A stretch of DNA of 64,000 nucleotides from Thermoplasmata archaeon (GTDB taxonomy: Archaea > Thermoplasmatota > Thermoplasmata > Thermoplasmatales > Thermoplasmataceae): positions 22,259 to 86,258 of the forward strand of contig JAKAWU010000001.1 in the NCBI GenBank assembly GCA_021816965.1, in the 5' to 3' direction. The notes below the pieces were generated by a model that searched no databases, was not told where the DNA came from, and worked only from the letters and a program-made list of their open reading frames with translations. Both the position numbers and the translations under genes were made by a program. Positions 30,226 to 40,223 of this stretch are shown piece after piece (within the stretch, counting starts at the first letter, position 1; every line of letters starts with the position of its first letter).

Positions 30226-31779
30226 ATGGAGAAAGATATCCTGAAGGGTTCAACTGGCAGGACCATTAGGATATTTATTTCTCTCTATCCCGTTTTTAAG
30301 AGATTCCTGAAAGATCGAAAAGAAGCAAAAAGGAACAGTGACGAGGCATGGAATTACCGGAGAGAGAGGAACGGGATGGTAGCTGTGGAGAAATTCATAG
30401 AGTTGGGCCCCACTTTCATTAAATTAGGACAGATAATTTCAGCCAGACCCGACATCCTTCCCAAGGAATATGTGAGATCCTTTGAAAAACTTCAGGACAG
30501 TGTTCCTCCCGCTGACTTCAGGATAGTCAGGCCCATTATTGAGAAAGAGATTGGAAAGATAGATGAAGTGTTTGAAAGCTTCAACCCGGATGCAATATCA
30601 GGTGCCTCTCTGGGACAGGTGTATGTTGCAAGATACCATGGAAAAGATGTAGCGGTTAAGGTAAACAGGCCCGATGCTGAGTACATTGTGAAGAGAGATC
30701 TTGTTATTCTTGGAAGAATTCTAAGATTTGCCAGAGGCAGGTTAGAGAATTTCCTTTTCATAAGTATCTCGAGCATCCTGAAAGAATTCAGTGTAAGAGT
30801 CTTCGAGGAGCTGGATTATCGGAAAGAGATGAACAATGCAAACAGGATAAGGAAGAATATTGAGGGGAGAGAGAGAATCATAATCCCTGAAATGCATGAG
30901 GAAATCTCCACATCCAGAGTACTTGTGATGGATTATATTCCAGGCATCAAAATCACTGACAGGAAAAAACTGGTGGAAAAGAAAATAGATGTTAAGAAAC
31001 TTGCAATGGACCTTGACGTTGCATTCATCAGGATGCTTCTCAGGGATGATATATTTCATGCAGATCCTCATCCCGGAAATATCTCAGTGCTCGATGACGG
31101 CACAATGATCCTTTATGACTTTGGAATGACTGGGGACCTGAATGATAAAACCAGATACTACCTGCTTTCCCTTTATGACGCAATGACCCGTGGAGATGTG
31201 GACCAGATGACAGATGCACTCATAGGAGTAAAGGCTCTCTCCCCAGCTGCAAACAGGGGAATTATAAAGAGAACCATGGAGATGGCCATGGAAGGACTTG
31301 CAGGAAAGAGGGCAGAAGACAGTGAAATAAGGCAGCTGCTTGAAGTTGCGAATGGGGTTGTTTTTGAGTTTCCATTCAGGCTGCCTACATCCCTTGTTCT
31401 ATACATGAGGATGAGTTCCCTTCTTGAAGGAATATGTCTCACACTTGATCCTGACTTCAAATTTGTGAGGGTTCTACAGAAACTTTTCAAGGATGAGGGC
31501 CTGTTCAAGGAACTCTATGCGAAGCAGATTGGAACATTCCTTGAAGAGGCAGTAAGATCTGTGGAAGCTGGCGTTGCAATACTTCCCCTCCTGAGGAGAG
31601 AACTTGAGGGCAGGGAAGAAGCCATGCCCGCTGAGAGAAAGGGAAGGGTGGAAATGGCCCTTGCAGGAGGTTTTGTATTTATTGCTGGAATATATGAACT
31701 TGGTTCCCAATTCCTTCCGGGTACCTTAATGATACTGGTTGGAATCATTCTCATGGCTGCATCCATGAGAAGAAAATGA
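30226..31779 (+). CDS. AarF/UbiB (ABC1) atypical kinase
   Basis: LGPTFIKLGQ, ASLGQVY, VAVKV, ELDYRKE, FHADPHPGN and YDFG, with C-terminal TMs. Confidence 0.95.
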   Translation: MEKDILKGSTGRTIRIFISLYPVFKRFLKDRKEAKRNSDEAWNYRRERNGMVAVEKFIELGPTFIKLGQIISARPDILPKEYVRSFEKLQDSVPPADFRIVRPIIEKEIGKIDEVFESFNPDAISGASLGQVYVARYHGKDVAVKVNRPDAEYIVKRDLVILGRILRFARGRLENFLFISISSILKEFSVRVFEELDYRKEMNNANRIRKNIEGRERIIIPEMHEEISTSRVLVMDYIPGIKITDRKKLVEKKIDVKKLAMDLDVAFIRMLLRDDIFHADPHPGNISVLDDGTMILYDFGMTGDLNDKTRYYLLSLYDAMTRGDVDQMTDALIGVKALSPAANRGIIKRTMEMAMEGLAGKRAEDSEIRQLLEVANGVVFEFPFRLPTSLVLYMRMSSLLEGICLTLDPDFKFVRVLQKLFKDEGLFKELYAKQIGTFLEEAVRSVEAGVAILPLLRRELEGREEAMPAERKGRVEMALAGGFVFIAGIYELGSQFLPGTLMILVGIILMAASMRRK

Positions 31780-31834
31780 GACAGAATAGGACTTATTCTT
31801 GCAAAGTATATTACAGAAATACCAATTGGGGTAT

Positions 31835-32284
31835 ATGGTGAACAAATTTCTTGAATCTTTGACTGGCGGTTACACGCCCATCAAGATAGTGAGATTCGTG
31901 GTAATGGTGTGTGCACTCCTTGATTCTGCGGCCCATCTCTTTGCATCTCCAGCGGCTTATCCAATAATTACTTTCTGGCTTGAAATAGAAGTTGCAGCAT
32001 TCATAATTATAGGAATTGTATTCCTGCTTGGTTTGAGAATGTGGTACCTTCCCTCAGTACTTTTCGCGCTTTTCAATATGCTTATCTATCTGATTTCAGG
32101 TGTTGTGGCCATTGCACCACTTAACCCTGTAGCACTGTCAGGACATATAGACTTCCTGAATTATAGCTTCGGAAGGGCATTCTCAATGGCAACCTGGATA
32201 TTCATAATAGTTGTTGGTACCCTGCTCATACACTATGACAGCGGTTCAGCACTTAACACCCTTCTCAAGAATGATGAGAATTGA
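31835..32284 (+). CDS. Four-TM hypothetical membrane protein
   Basis: Hydrophobic ORF. The ATG at 31835 is preferred over TTG at 31799. Confidence 0.75.
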   Translation: MVNKFLESLTGGYTPIKIVRFVVMVCALLDSAAHLFASPAAYPIITFWLEIEVAAFIIIGIVFLLGLRMWYLPSVLFALFNMLIYLISGVVAIAPLNPVALSGHIDFLNYSFGRAFSMATWIFIIVVGTLLIHYDSGSALNTLLKNDEN

Positions 32285-33053
32285 CAGGGTGGATGGCGAA
32301 GGCCATGTACCCCATGACTGCTGCGGCAATCCTGATGATCCAGTGAAAATTAACATCCTTTAAAGAGAAATAATCTTTTTCAATTTCTTTCCATATGCCT
32401 GAATTCTTTCGCTTTAGCTGAGACCTTCCATAACCGTTCCAGAAGGCCTGTTTCATAAGTCCACGCAGGGATTCCCTTGCATTATGGGTCACCCTGCAGT
32501 CACTGCAGAAATATGCCCTGGCACCTGATCTTAAGAGCCTGATGTTCAGATCGATATCCTCCGCAGTTATGAGGGATGTGTCAAAACCACCTACTTTTAA
32601 AAACATCTCCCTTCTCACCCCCATGTTCATTGAGGGCAGGGTGATTTCATGGTCATGATAGAAAAGCTTCACTCTTTTCATTGTTGCATAATTTCCTGAT
32701 CCTGATGTTTCCGTAAGCCCCCATACCAGATCATTATCCCGAAGAGTGGAAACCATGCAGGATGCCCAGTCATTTGATGGTATTGCATCACCGTCGGTGA
32801 AAAGAATGCAGTCTGCACTGGACATGGAGACACCTATATTCCTTCCCTCCCCTCTTGTGCATTTCCTGATTGTATATTTTACACCTTTGGGCTCAAATTC
32901 TTTCAGAATATCAAGGGTATTGTCCGTGCTTCCTGCATCCACGACTACGATCCCACAATGAGAATCCTGAGAAATAATACTGTTCAGTAGATTCCGTAGA
33001 TTTTTGCCTTCGTTCAGGACAGTTATGACGATGTCCACTTTCTCTTTATTCAT
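32265..33053 (-). CDS. Glycosyltransferase family 2
   Basis: VVDAGSTDNT, RNIG, FTDGD and GGFD...AEDIDL. Confidence 0.92.
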   Translation of the reverse strand: MNKEKVDIVITVLNEGKNLRNLLNSIISQDSHCGIVVVDAGSTDNTLDILKEFEPKGVKYTIRKCTRGEGRNIGVSMSSADCILFTDGDAIPSNDWASCMVSTLRDNDLVWGLTETSGSGNYATMKRVKLFYHDHEITLPSMNMGVRREMFLKVGGFDTSLITAEDIDLNIRLLRSGARAYFCSDCRVTHNARESLRGLMKQAFWNGYGRSQLKRKNSGIWKEIEKDYFSLKDVNFHWIIRIAAAVMGYMAFAIHPVNSHHS

Positions 33054-33248
33054 CTAAACCCAGTCAGCCCTCTGAGTCTCCCTTTCTTTCTTTGTTTCCT
33101 TCTTGTACTTCTTATAATGTTCCTTGCATAGATGAACCTTTGTCAGTTTTGGGTCAAAGGAAAACACCTTTGCAGCAAGGTCCGCAGGAACTGTTTTATG
33201 GTTGTCCTCTTTGCAATCCCGTACCTGGCATTTCTTTTCTTCCGGCAT
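33054..33248 (-). CDS. Small Cys/His (Zn-finger-like) basic protein, 64 aa
   Basis: MPEEKKCQVRDC...VHLCKEHYKKYKK has a CxxxxC...CxxH pattern. It is the C-terminal part of track ORF 33054..33551, whose 5' extension overlaps rnpB and is spurious. Confidence 0.75.
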   Translation of the reverse strand: MPEEKKCQVRDCKEDNHKTVPADLAAKVFSFDPKLTKVHLCKEHYKKYKKETKKERETQRADWV

Positions 33249-33394
33249 ATTCCTGTATAAACGAAATCCCATAATAATAATTTCCATACTGCAAGAATTT
33301 TGCGAATTGGATACCTGATCTTGTTCGTATCCACCATTATATGTAATATGACCAACATTCCAGAATCCCAAAATATAAGAAACACTGCGATAGA

Positions 33395-33715
33395 GGAGAA
33401 TGCCCGGAGTAAGCCCCCTTCTGTTACCCTGCATAGCAGGCTGGCAGCATTCGACTAATGGCCTTTCAGCCTTCGTCCTACCCGATCCTCCGGGTGGCAT
33501 CATCGGATCCGTTTGGACTTTCTCCAGCCAGGGCGGCCGTCCCATCACCACAATGAAAACGTCATCCCTGCGGAATCATCCTGCTTCAAGGGGTGTATCA
33601 TTTCTTTTGCCGTAGCCTTCCCTCTCGGGAAATGTGCTTCTGCTCAATGGCCTCCACCTCAGGAGGGGGGACTTTCCTCACTCCTAGGAGCGTTAGCTGC
33701 CCTCGGGCTTTCTCC
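33395..33715 (-). ncRNA. rnpB: RNase P RNA
   Basis: The minus strand has GAGGAAAGTCC (CR-I) near the 5' end and AACAGAAGGGGGCTTA (CR-V) near the 3' end. The ends pair as P1 (GGAGAAAGCCCG / CGGGCATTCTCC). The segment is GC-rich. Confidence 0.95.
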
Positions 33716-33893
33716 ACATATGATATTGCGAATCCTATTAATAATCTACTGATCTATTATTTTTAGAAAAATTCTGGACTTTAATATACCCTGCAGGAAG
33801 GAATTTCCTGCACAAAATAGATCGATTTTAATTTTGGCATGTACTACTGTCAATGTACCATAAGTTAGTTATTTTCATTTTGAATGGAAATGC

Positions 33894-35687
33894 ATGGACA
33901 AAACAATATTGGCCATGGTTGCCGTATCTCTTGTCATTCTTGGAGGTGTACCTCTGGCTATGGCGTCCAGTGGATCATCTCCTGCCATGACAGCGAAGAC
34001 TTTTGGCAACTTTGCTGTTTCCTACAGCAATGGCACAGGATTTATAGGAAGCGTAAATTACACAGGAGAAGACTACTCGACAATGCTCAGCGATGGAATA
34101 TACCTGAATGGGAGTTCGTCTGCAACTGCTGCATTCTCAAACCAGACAAGTTTTGACAACAATAATGCAGTAATGTTTGGAATAGAAGAGCCTGCAGTAT
34201 TTGGAGTCATGACATATACTAAGGCCACTTCCGGGGCCAATATCAGCATTCACTCAAAGGCATCCGTTTCCCTTGCAAAACAGAATGTTTCTTTCACCAA
34301 TTTGATATCCGAGACCTCAACAGGACAGGAATTCAGTATGCTTTCTGGCATGGGGCTTAAAGTGAACATATTTACAGTTCAGACGTCAAGCTTCACAGGT
34401 GTACTGATCATGGATGGAAATTCTTCTTTGAACATGATGACACACACAGTATCCAGTGACATGAATGCAAGCATCACACCCTATCCACTCTTTGCTATGT
34501 TCATGACATCGGGAGACATAAGTGAGAAAGTAGCACAATATGAGCAGGGGAAGGAGCATTTCAGCTATAATAATACAACAATGCAGGTTTCAGGCTACTT
34601 CGCAACATTCAACCTTACATCCAGCGGATTCAGTTCGCTCTACAACAACAGGACAAACACAGAACTTATCAGTTCATTATCAGTTTCAGGCAATGGAACC
34701 ATGGGAAAAGGCTATTCATTAAGTGACATGGCAATGAACACGCCAATCATAAAAGGATCACTTTTTGTCTATGCAAACCAGAGCTATATACTGGCAGTTC
34801 ATAACAATCCTGCGATGCAATCAGCAGTTGCCATAGATAATGCTACAGCCACCATAGTTGTCCCAACAGGCAGCAATATCTCCATGTTCAAGTCCAGAAG
34901 CGGTTCCCTTTCAGTCAATGCATCTGAAATGTCATCAAACTTCACTGTCCAGGAAAATACAGTGATCGGGCTTGATCATGTCGTAAAGGCAGGGGCAGTC
35001 AACCTTGTTATATCAGGAGCAAATTTCACTGAACTCATAATGGTACAGGGAGGATATGTGAATGTGAGCGGAAACACCATAAAAGTTAACAGCACGGGAA
35101 TTGCAGTGATACACATGGTTTCACCACCGGGACTTGATCATGCACAGCCTGAAATCAGGAATGCAATACTTGACGGGAAGGTTTCAGATCAGCTCTATTT
35201 CAACGGAACAACTTCACTCAACAACATGACACTGGAATTCAATTCCTCAGTCTCACTGAACATATCATCACAGACAGCAGGTCATGCATCCATAAGGGTT
35301 GGATCAAATAACGGAAACCACAGGGGAACAGACATAGTCATATTCCTTTCAAACCAGTTCCTGAAGGGCTCCACCACAGTGAAATTAACCTTTGACAATC
35401 AGTCTGTTGCAATCAGTGCAAACACACAGATTTTCAATGTGACCAGCACAACCAGTGCAGCTTATGCCGTGTTCAAGACACAGAATGGCATGCTGGTAGT
35501 GTTCCACATACCGCACTTCTCAAACCACACCATAGGCATCTCAGCAGTTCAGTCAACGACCACAGGACCTCTGACAAATGGATTTGGCGTATACACAATT
35601 CCAGTCCTTGGAATAGCAGCAATATTAATTGTTGGTGTAACATTTGTGATGCTTGGGAGAAAAAAGAAAACAACCGGTGAAGCATAA
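33894..35687 (+). CDS. Cell-surface glycoprotein with signal peptide and C-terminal TM anchor
   Basis: Signal peptide, S/T/N-rich with many sequons, HIPHFSNH motif, and a TM followed by RKKK. Confidence 0.85.
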   Translation: MDKTILAMVAVSLVILGGVPLAMASSGSSPAMTAKTFGNFAVSYSNGTGFIGSVNYTGEDYSTMLSDGIYLNGSSSATAAFSNQTSFDNNNAVMFGIEEPAVFGVMTYTKATSGANISIHSKASVSLAKQNVSFTNLISETSTGQEFSMLSGMGLKVNIFTVQTSSFTGVLIMDGNSSLNMMTHTVSSDMNASITPYPLFAMFMTSGDISEKVAQYEQGKEHFSYNNTTMQVSGYFATFNLTSSGFSSLYNNRTNTELISSLSVSGNGTMGKGYSLSDMAMNTPIIKGSLFVYANQSYILAVHNNPAMQSAVAIDNATATIVVPTGSNISMFKSRSGSLSVNASEMSSNFTVQENTVIGLDHVVKAGAVNLVISGANFTELIMVQGGYVNVSGNTIKVNSTGIAVIHMVSPPGLDHAQPEIRNAILDGKVSDQLYFNGTTSLNNMTLEFNSSVSLNISSQTAGHASIRVGSNNGNHRGTDIVIFLSNQFLKGSTTVKLTFDNQSVAISANTQIFNVTSTTSAAYAVFKTQNGMLVVFHIPHFSNHTIGISAVQSTTTGPLTNGFGVYTIPVLGIAAILIVGVTFVMLGRKKKTTGEA

Positions 35688-35695
35688 TCTTCACC

Positions 35696-36349
35696 CTATT
35701 TTTTTGAAAAATCAACATATCTGGCATATTTTTTTTCTATTATGAGTTCTGCAGCTTTTACAGGAAGATAGAGAATATCATTTTTGTGGAGATAAAAATC
35801 ACCTATGGATGTGGCCACTGGAAGATATTCAGCAGTAACTGAGACAAGGTTCATGGGATCTGTGGCCTCAGGCATATGTTTCCCTTCTTCTGTCTTTTCA
35901 TGATATGGACCCACAGTGGTTATTTCCTCAACAGGCTCGATCTCCTCTTTTTGAGCGATATTTTTCACCTGGATCAGTCCATCAATATAGAGTGCCATCC
36001 TGTTGTGCATATCCATTATGAATATTTTTTCCTGTGATGTGAGCCGATCCATTATGCTGGAACCGATCTCAAAAAGGGAATCCCTGAGTATCTTCTCATA
36101 TCTTTTCAGCAGGAAATTCCTGATATTTTTCTCAATTATGTCCCTCTTGTCCATGACCTTCCTGTACATATCAATCCTCTCGGGTGATATGTTGTTCCTG
36201 GCCATTTCATCAAGGGATTCTATGGCCTCCCTTGCTCTCTCATAAAAATTTGGCTTGATCTTCTGAATCTGGACTGTCGCGGACTCCTGACGGAAATAGT
36301 CTCTGATCTCTCTCGCGATCTTATCAATTTCAGAAGCCGTTAGGGTCAT
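35696..36349 (-). CDS. GINS complex subunit (Gins51-type)
   Basis: Helical A domain (IKPNFYE...KRYEKIL...LTSQEK), an acidic linker and a beta B domain (YLHKNDILYLPVKAAELII). Confidence 0.8.
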   Translation of the reverse strand: MTLTASEIDKIAREIRDYFRQESATVQIQKIKPNFYERAREAIESLDEMARNNISPERIDMYRKVMDKRDIIEKNIRNFLLKRYEKILRDSLFEIGSSIMDRLTSQEKIFIMDMHNRMALYIDGLIQVKNIAQKEEIEPVEEITTVGPYHEKTEEGKHMPEATDPMNLVSVTAEYLPVATSIGDFYLHKNDILYLPVKAAELIIEKKYARYVDFSKK

Positions 36350-36385
36350 ATATATCTCATATATTTTATGACTAATTATCCTTTA

Positions 36386-37216
36386 TCATACCCTGAATGA
36401 ATTTTCACCAAAGAGTCTTTCCGGGATGTCAAAAAATGCTTTCTGAAGTAATCTCTCCCCTTTTTCACCATATTCCTGCCTGATCCATTCTGTCCTTTTT
36501 GGAACTGCGTCGGCAGGTAGATATTTTCCCGGGTTTGCAGGATCATTTACGTGATCTGTCTCAATCATGAAATATTTTCCCGAGTCCATGGAGTCACGTA
36601 TGGCTTTCCTGTTGGCAGGTACCGAAAATACAAGATTTGAATCGAGAAGCAGTGCCTGAGGCATAGCATGATGCTTCACCACCATTTCTGGCTTCATACC
36701 AAATTTCACCGCCATGGATTCGATTTCTCCAGCACCATCCTTATCAAGATCTTCAGTGTGAAGAATCACGGGAATGCGGCTGTCAGAACATTTCTGGAAT
36801 GCGTATTCCATAACCCTGTTGCATGCTTCCATTATTTCATGATCAACCGGGAAATGGGGTCTTCCGATTTCACCCACGGCATTTGCTTTCCCTTCCATGC
36901 AGAGTTTCACCGCGAGATCTATTCCTTTCCTTGCCATCTCCTCTCCTTCATGAATATCCTTCCATAATGTAAAAAGGTCAAGAGGGTAGGGGCCAATGGT
37001 GATGATCACGTCAATCCCTGATCTTTCTTTCACGTATTCAGCCATCCTTATGTGCTTTTTATACAGGTTTGCATAATGGTCTGCAGTTGCATCACCTTGA
37101 AAAGGCAGGTTGGTCAGGTTGATTGATGTCCCTCCAGCTTTTCTGAAGATCATCACACTGCTCATGTAATCATTATGGAAATTGAGGTGAAAATGATTGT
37201 CAAAGATTCTTTCCAT
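36386..37216 (-). CDS. TatD-family metal-dependent hydrolase
   Basis: DNHFH, GEIGRPH, LHTE, VKHH and IETD. Confidence 0.9.
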   Translation of the reverse strand: MERIFDNHFHLNFHNDYMSSVMIFRKAGGTSINLTNLPFQGDATADHYANLYKKHIRMAEYVKERSGIDVIITIGPYPLDLFTLWKDIHEGEEMARKGIDLAVKLCMEGKANAVGEIGRPHFPVDHEIMEACNRVMEYAFQKCSDSRIPVILHTEDLDKDGAGEIESMAVKFGMKPEMVVKHHAMPQALLLDSNLVFSVPANRKAIRDSMDSGKYFMIETDHVNDPANPGKYLPADAVPKRTEWIRQEYGEKGERLLQKAFFDIPERLFGENSFRV

Positions 37217-37398
37217 GTCTGGTTCTCCTTACAGTGAGACAATGCAGCGAGGATTAATCTATATTTTCATGCACCGGGAAAGGACATATTACTGGAAACT
37301 GTCAGTTACGGATTCAAGCCAAAATTCTCACATTCAATCGAGCTAAAAAATTAGAAAAGATTTATTAGACAGAGAGATTAAGGGTTTACAGTGATAAA

Positions 37399-38103
37399 AT
37401 GCAGCAGGGACAGATGGCATATGATAGAGCTATAACAGTTTTCTCTCCTGATGGTAGACTATTTCAGGTAGAGTATGCGAGAGAGGCCGTGAAAAGAGGT
37501 TCAACTGCACTTGGATTAAAATTCAAGGACGGTGTTTTGCTTATGTCCGAGAAGAGGGCAAGAAGCAAGCTCATGGAACAGAACTCCATGGAAAAGATCC
37601 AGCTTATTGATGATTTTGTTGGTTGTGTAACATCCGGACTCGGCGCAGATGCAAGAGTCCTCATAGACTTTGCAAGAATTGCCACACAGCAGGAAAAGGT
37701 AACATATGGATCTGTTGTGAATGTGGAAAACCTTGTTAAGAAGGTTGCCGACCAGATGCAGCAATACACCCAGTATGGTGGTGTCAGACCTTATGGTGTT
37801 GCAATAATATTTGCAGGAATTGATCAGGTGGGCCCAAGACTCTTCGATCTTGATCCATCCGGTGTCATAAATGAATACAGGGCCACTGCCATAGGATCAG
37901 GCAGGGATCAGGTTCTGAACTTCCTTGAGAAAGAATATTCACCTGAACTTGATGAGAACAAGGCAATAAAACTTGCTTTCAACGCGCTGAAATCATCTCT
38001 GGAAGATGGTGGGGAAATGAAGATTCCGGAGGTTGCATCTATAAGGCAGGATGGAATTTACAGAATTCTTTCAAAGGAAGATATAGAGAAGAAATTATCT
38101 TGA
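37399..38103 (+). CDS. psmA: Proteasome alpha subunit
   Basis: [31 protein letters not shown] and [12 protein letters not shown]. Confidence 0.98.
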   Translation: MQQGQMAYDRAITVFSPDGRLFQVEYAREAVKRGSTALGLKFKDGVLLMSEKRARSKLMEQNSMEKIQLIDDFVGCVTSGLGADARVLIDFARIATQQEKVTYGSVVNVENLVKKVADQMQQYTQYGGVRPYGVAIIFAGIDQVGPRLFDLDPSGVINEYRATAIGSGRDQVLNFLEKEYSPELDENKAIKLAFNALKSSLEDGGEMKIPEVASIRQDGIYRILSKEDIEKKLS

Positions 38104-38193
38104 TATTTTCTCCTATAATTATAACAGTTTTGCAATTTTTTTAAACATCACTTTATCATAAAACTTTTTTAACCTACTTTTTATTTTCTATAC

Positions 38194-38589
38194 ATGGAAA
38201 ACATAAGGAATATTCTTGAAACAGAAAAAAATGTTGCAGTTGTTGGAATTAGTGACAAGGAAGACAGGGACAGTTTCAAGGTTGCAAAATATCTGCATGA
38301 GCATGGATTCAACGTCATACCTGTGAACCCAGTTCTTAAGCAATGGCTCGGAATTAAGGCATATGCAAACCTGAAGGATGCTGCATCGGAGCACCATATA
38401 GACATCGTAGATATTTTCAGAAAATCTGAAGCGGTGCCTGAAATAGTTCATGAGTCCATAGCAATAAAACCAAAGACCATATGGATGCAGTTAGGCGTGA
38501 TGAATGATGAGGCTGCAGATAACGCAAGAAAACATGGCATAAAAGTCATAATGGACAGATGTATCATGGTTGAGCATAGAAAACTCTAG
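38194..38589 (+). CDS. CoA-binding protein (YccU-like)
   Basis: VAVVGIS, IPVNP, DIVDIFR, WMQLG and MDRC. Confidence 0.92.
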   Translation: MENIRNILETEKNVAVVGISDKEDRDSFKVAKYLHEHGFNVIPVNPVLKQWLGIKAYANLKDAASEHHIDIVDIFRKSEAVPEIVHESIAIKPKTIWMQLGVMNDEAADNARKHGIKVIMDRCIMVEHRKL

Positions 38590-38671
38590 TCGGGGTAGCC
38601 TAGCCTGGTAAGGCGGCAGATTCGAGATCTGCTGCTCCTGTAGCACGGGAGTTCGAATCTCCCCCCCGGCG
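38589..38671 (+). tRNA. tRNA-Ser(CGA)
   Basis: Acceptor GTCGGGG/CCCCGGC, anticodon arm GCAGA-TT CGA GA-TCTGC, long variable arm, TTCGAAT T-loop and discriminator G. Confidence 0.96.
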
Positions 38672-38725
38672 TTTACCACTTGCTATGAGAAACTTTCTGT
38701 TAAGGTTGAGAGAGGATACCACAAT

Positions 38726-39187
38726 TTACCTGACAATCAGGACTGAAACTGGAGAACTTGCTGACACTCTTGCGGAAACGGAACCGAGCAGTATGCCCTT
38801 CTTAAAGCCAAGCTTCCTGTTTCCCATGATGACCATATCCGGCTTGTAGCTATCAATGAGTTTCAGGATTGTGTCCACAGGTTTTCCTATGATTATTTTT
38901 CCTTCTGAAATTTCCCTTCCAGCTTGTTTGTTAATTCTTTTCACATGTTTATTCATGAGTTTCTGGGCCTTTGCCATGTATTCTTCTGTTTCCGAAGTGC
39001 CCTCAACTGTTGCAAGATAGTCTGGCAGAGGGACTGCTGGAAGTTCGAAGGCGTATACAATGAGAAGTTTGCAGTCTGGAGAGTTGCTCACTATGGATTC
39101 AGCCATGCTCATGGCCTTAATAGATTCCGGAGAGAAGTCAACTGCGCACAAAATTCTGTTAAAAGGCATTATTCCCATATTTCTCAT
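38726..39187 (-). CDS. Universal stress protein
   Basis: ILCAVDFS, VIMGNR and LLGSVS..V....PVSVLIV. Confidence 0.93.
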   Translation of the reverse strand: MRNMGIMPFNRILCAVDFSPESIKAMSMAESIVSNSPDCKLLIVYAFELPAVPLPDYLATVEGTSETEEYMAKAQKLMNKHVKRINKQAGREISEGKIIIGKPVDTILKLIDSYKPDMVIMGNRKLGFKKGILLGSVSARVSASSPVSVLIVR

Positions 39188-39283
39188 ATATATAACGACA
39201 GTCGCAATATAAATTTATTGCATGTTGTAATTTTCCCTGGAAGCATAAAATCATAAATATCTGTATAAAATGAACCCTCTGTA

Positions 39284-39366
39284 GCTGGGATAGCCTAGCC
39301 TGGTAAGGCGCAGGTCTGGAAAGCCTGTGCTCTCGTAGCTCGGGAGTTCGAATCTCCCTCCCAGCG
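39284..39366 (+). tRNA. tRNA-Ser(GGA)
   Basis: Acceptor GCTGGGA/TCCCAGC, anticodon arm CAGGT-CT GGA AA-GCCTG, long variable arm, and an AT-rich TATA-like box about 30 bp upstream. Confidence 0.96.
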
Positions 39367-39569
39367 TGATCTTGACCACAATCATGTTGATTTTTCGATT
39401 CGCAGGAAAAATAAATTTGCATAATATTGTATGTATCGTTATAACAACGAGTTATTCTGGTTACATGTGAATATACTCATATATCTCCCGGAACAGGGGC
39501 CAATTCATATACCATGCATGCAACGTGATAGATAAACTTTATATCTGTTTCAAGTCATGTTTCAACACA

Positions 39570-40223
39570 ATGCTCATACCTGTAAACAAGAATATCTTTA
39601 GATGGGGGACTCCCGACCCTGAAGGAGACTGGGTGATGTACGGCCATCTCATCATAAGGGAAGAAACCTGCTATTTGATAGACCCTCCACTTGTGCCAGA
39701 TCTGCTTGATTCTGTTCTCAGAATTGGAAAGCTTGGAGCAGTGATATTGACAACACTGGATCATACAAGGGGTGCAAAATATATCTGTGCAAAATCAAAA
39801 GCGGATTTATTCATTCCTGAACAGTTGAAATCGACTTCAGTGGATCCTGATCTTATACTGAGTCAGAAAGGTATCAAGGATTTCCAGAAATACGGAACAA
39901 AAAACCTGTTTGGCATGAAACCGATCAGAATCACGATCGAAGGAAAAGTGAATGGAGAAATGCCATGGATTGATGAATTCGCACTCCTGACAGATAATAA
40001 AGAATTGATAGTTGGAGATATAGCCATTGGCACATTTGATGGAAAAGTAATAGTTGCACCGGAGTGGTTTCCGCATAACCCACCGAATTCGCCATATCTC
40101 CCTGCGATCAAAGCGTTTTCAGAGATTGTTCCCGAATCGGGTGCAGTCTCGCTTCTCGCTTCACATGGTTACAATCTTTACGATAAACTTCAGGAGTCAA
40201 TGCACTCTCTGTTCTCAGGATGA
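39570..40223 (+). CDS. Metallo-beta-lactamase-fold protein with a degenerate metal motif
   Basis: YLIDPP, ILTTLDHTRG (in place of HxHxDH), LIVGD and LLASHG. The ATG at 39570 is about 30 bp after TTTATA. Confidence 0.7.
   Translation: MLIPVNKNIFRWGTPDPEGDWVMYGHLIIREETCYLIDPPLVPDLLDSVLRIGKLGAVILTTLDHTRGAKYICAKSKADLFIPEQLKSTSVDPDLILSQKGIKDFQKYGTKNLFGMKPIRITIEGKVNGEMPWIDEFALLTDNKELIVGDIAIGTFDGKVIVAPEWFPHNPPNSPYLPAIKAFSEIVPESGAVSLLASHGYNLYDKLQESMHSLFSG

Noticed and set aside
33249-33752. Track ORFs overlapping the GC-rich segment (33054..33551 extension, 33400..33615, 33513..33752)
   Set aside because: They overlap the RNase P RNA gene and are shadow ORFs.
38589-39366. Two similar tRNA sequences flanking the USP gene as attL/attR of an integrated element
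   Set aside because: Both are complete tRNA-Ser isoacceptors with different anticodons and acceptor stems. The shared D/T arms reflect paralogy.
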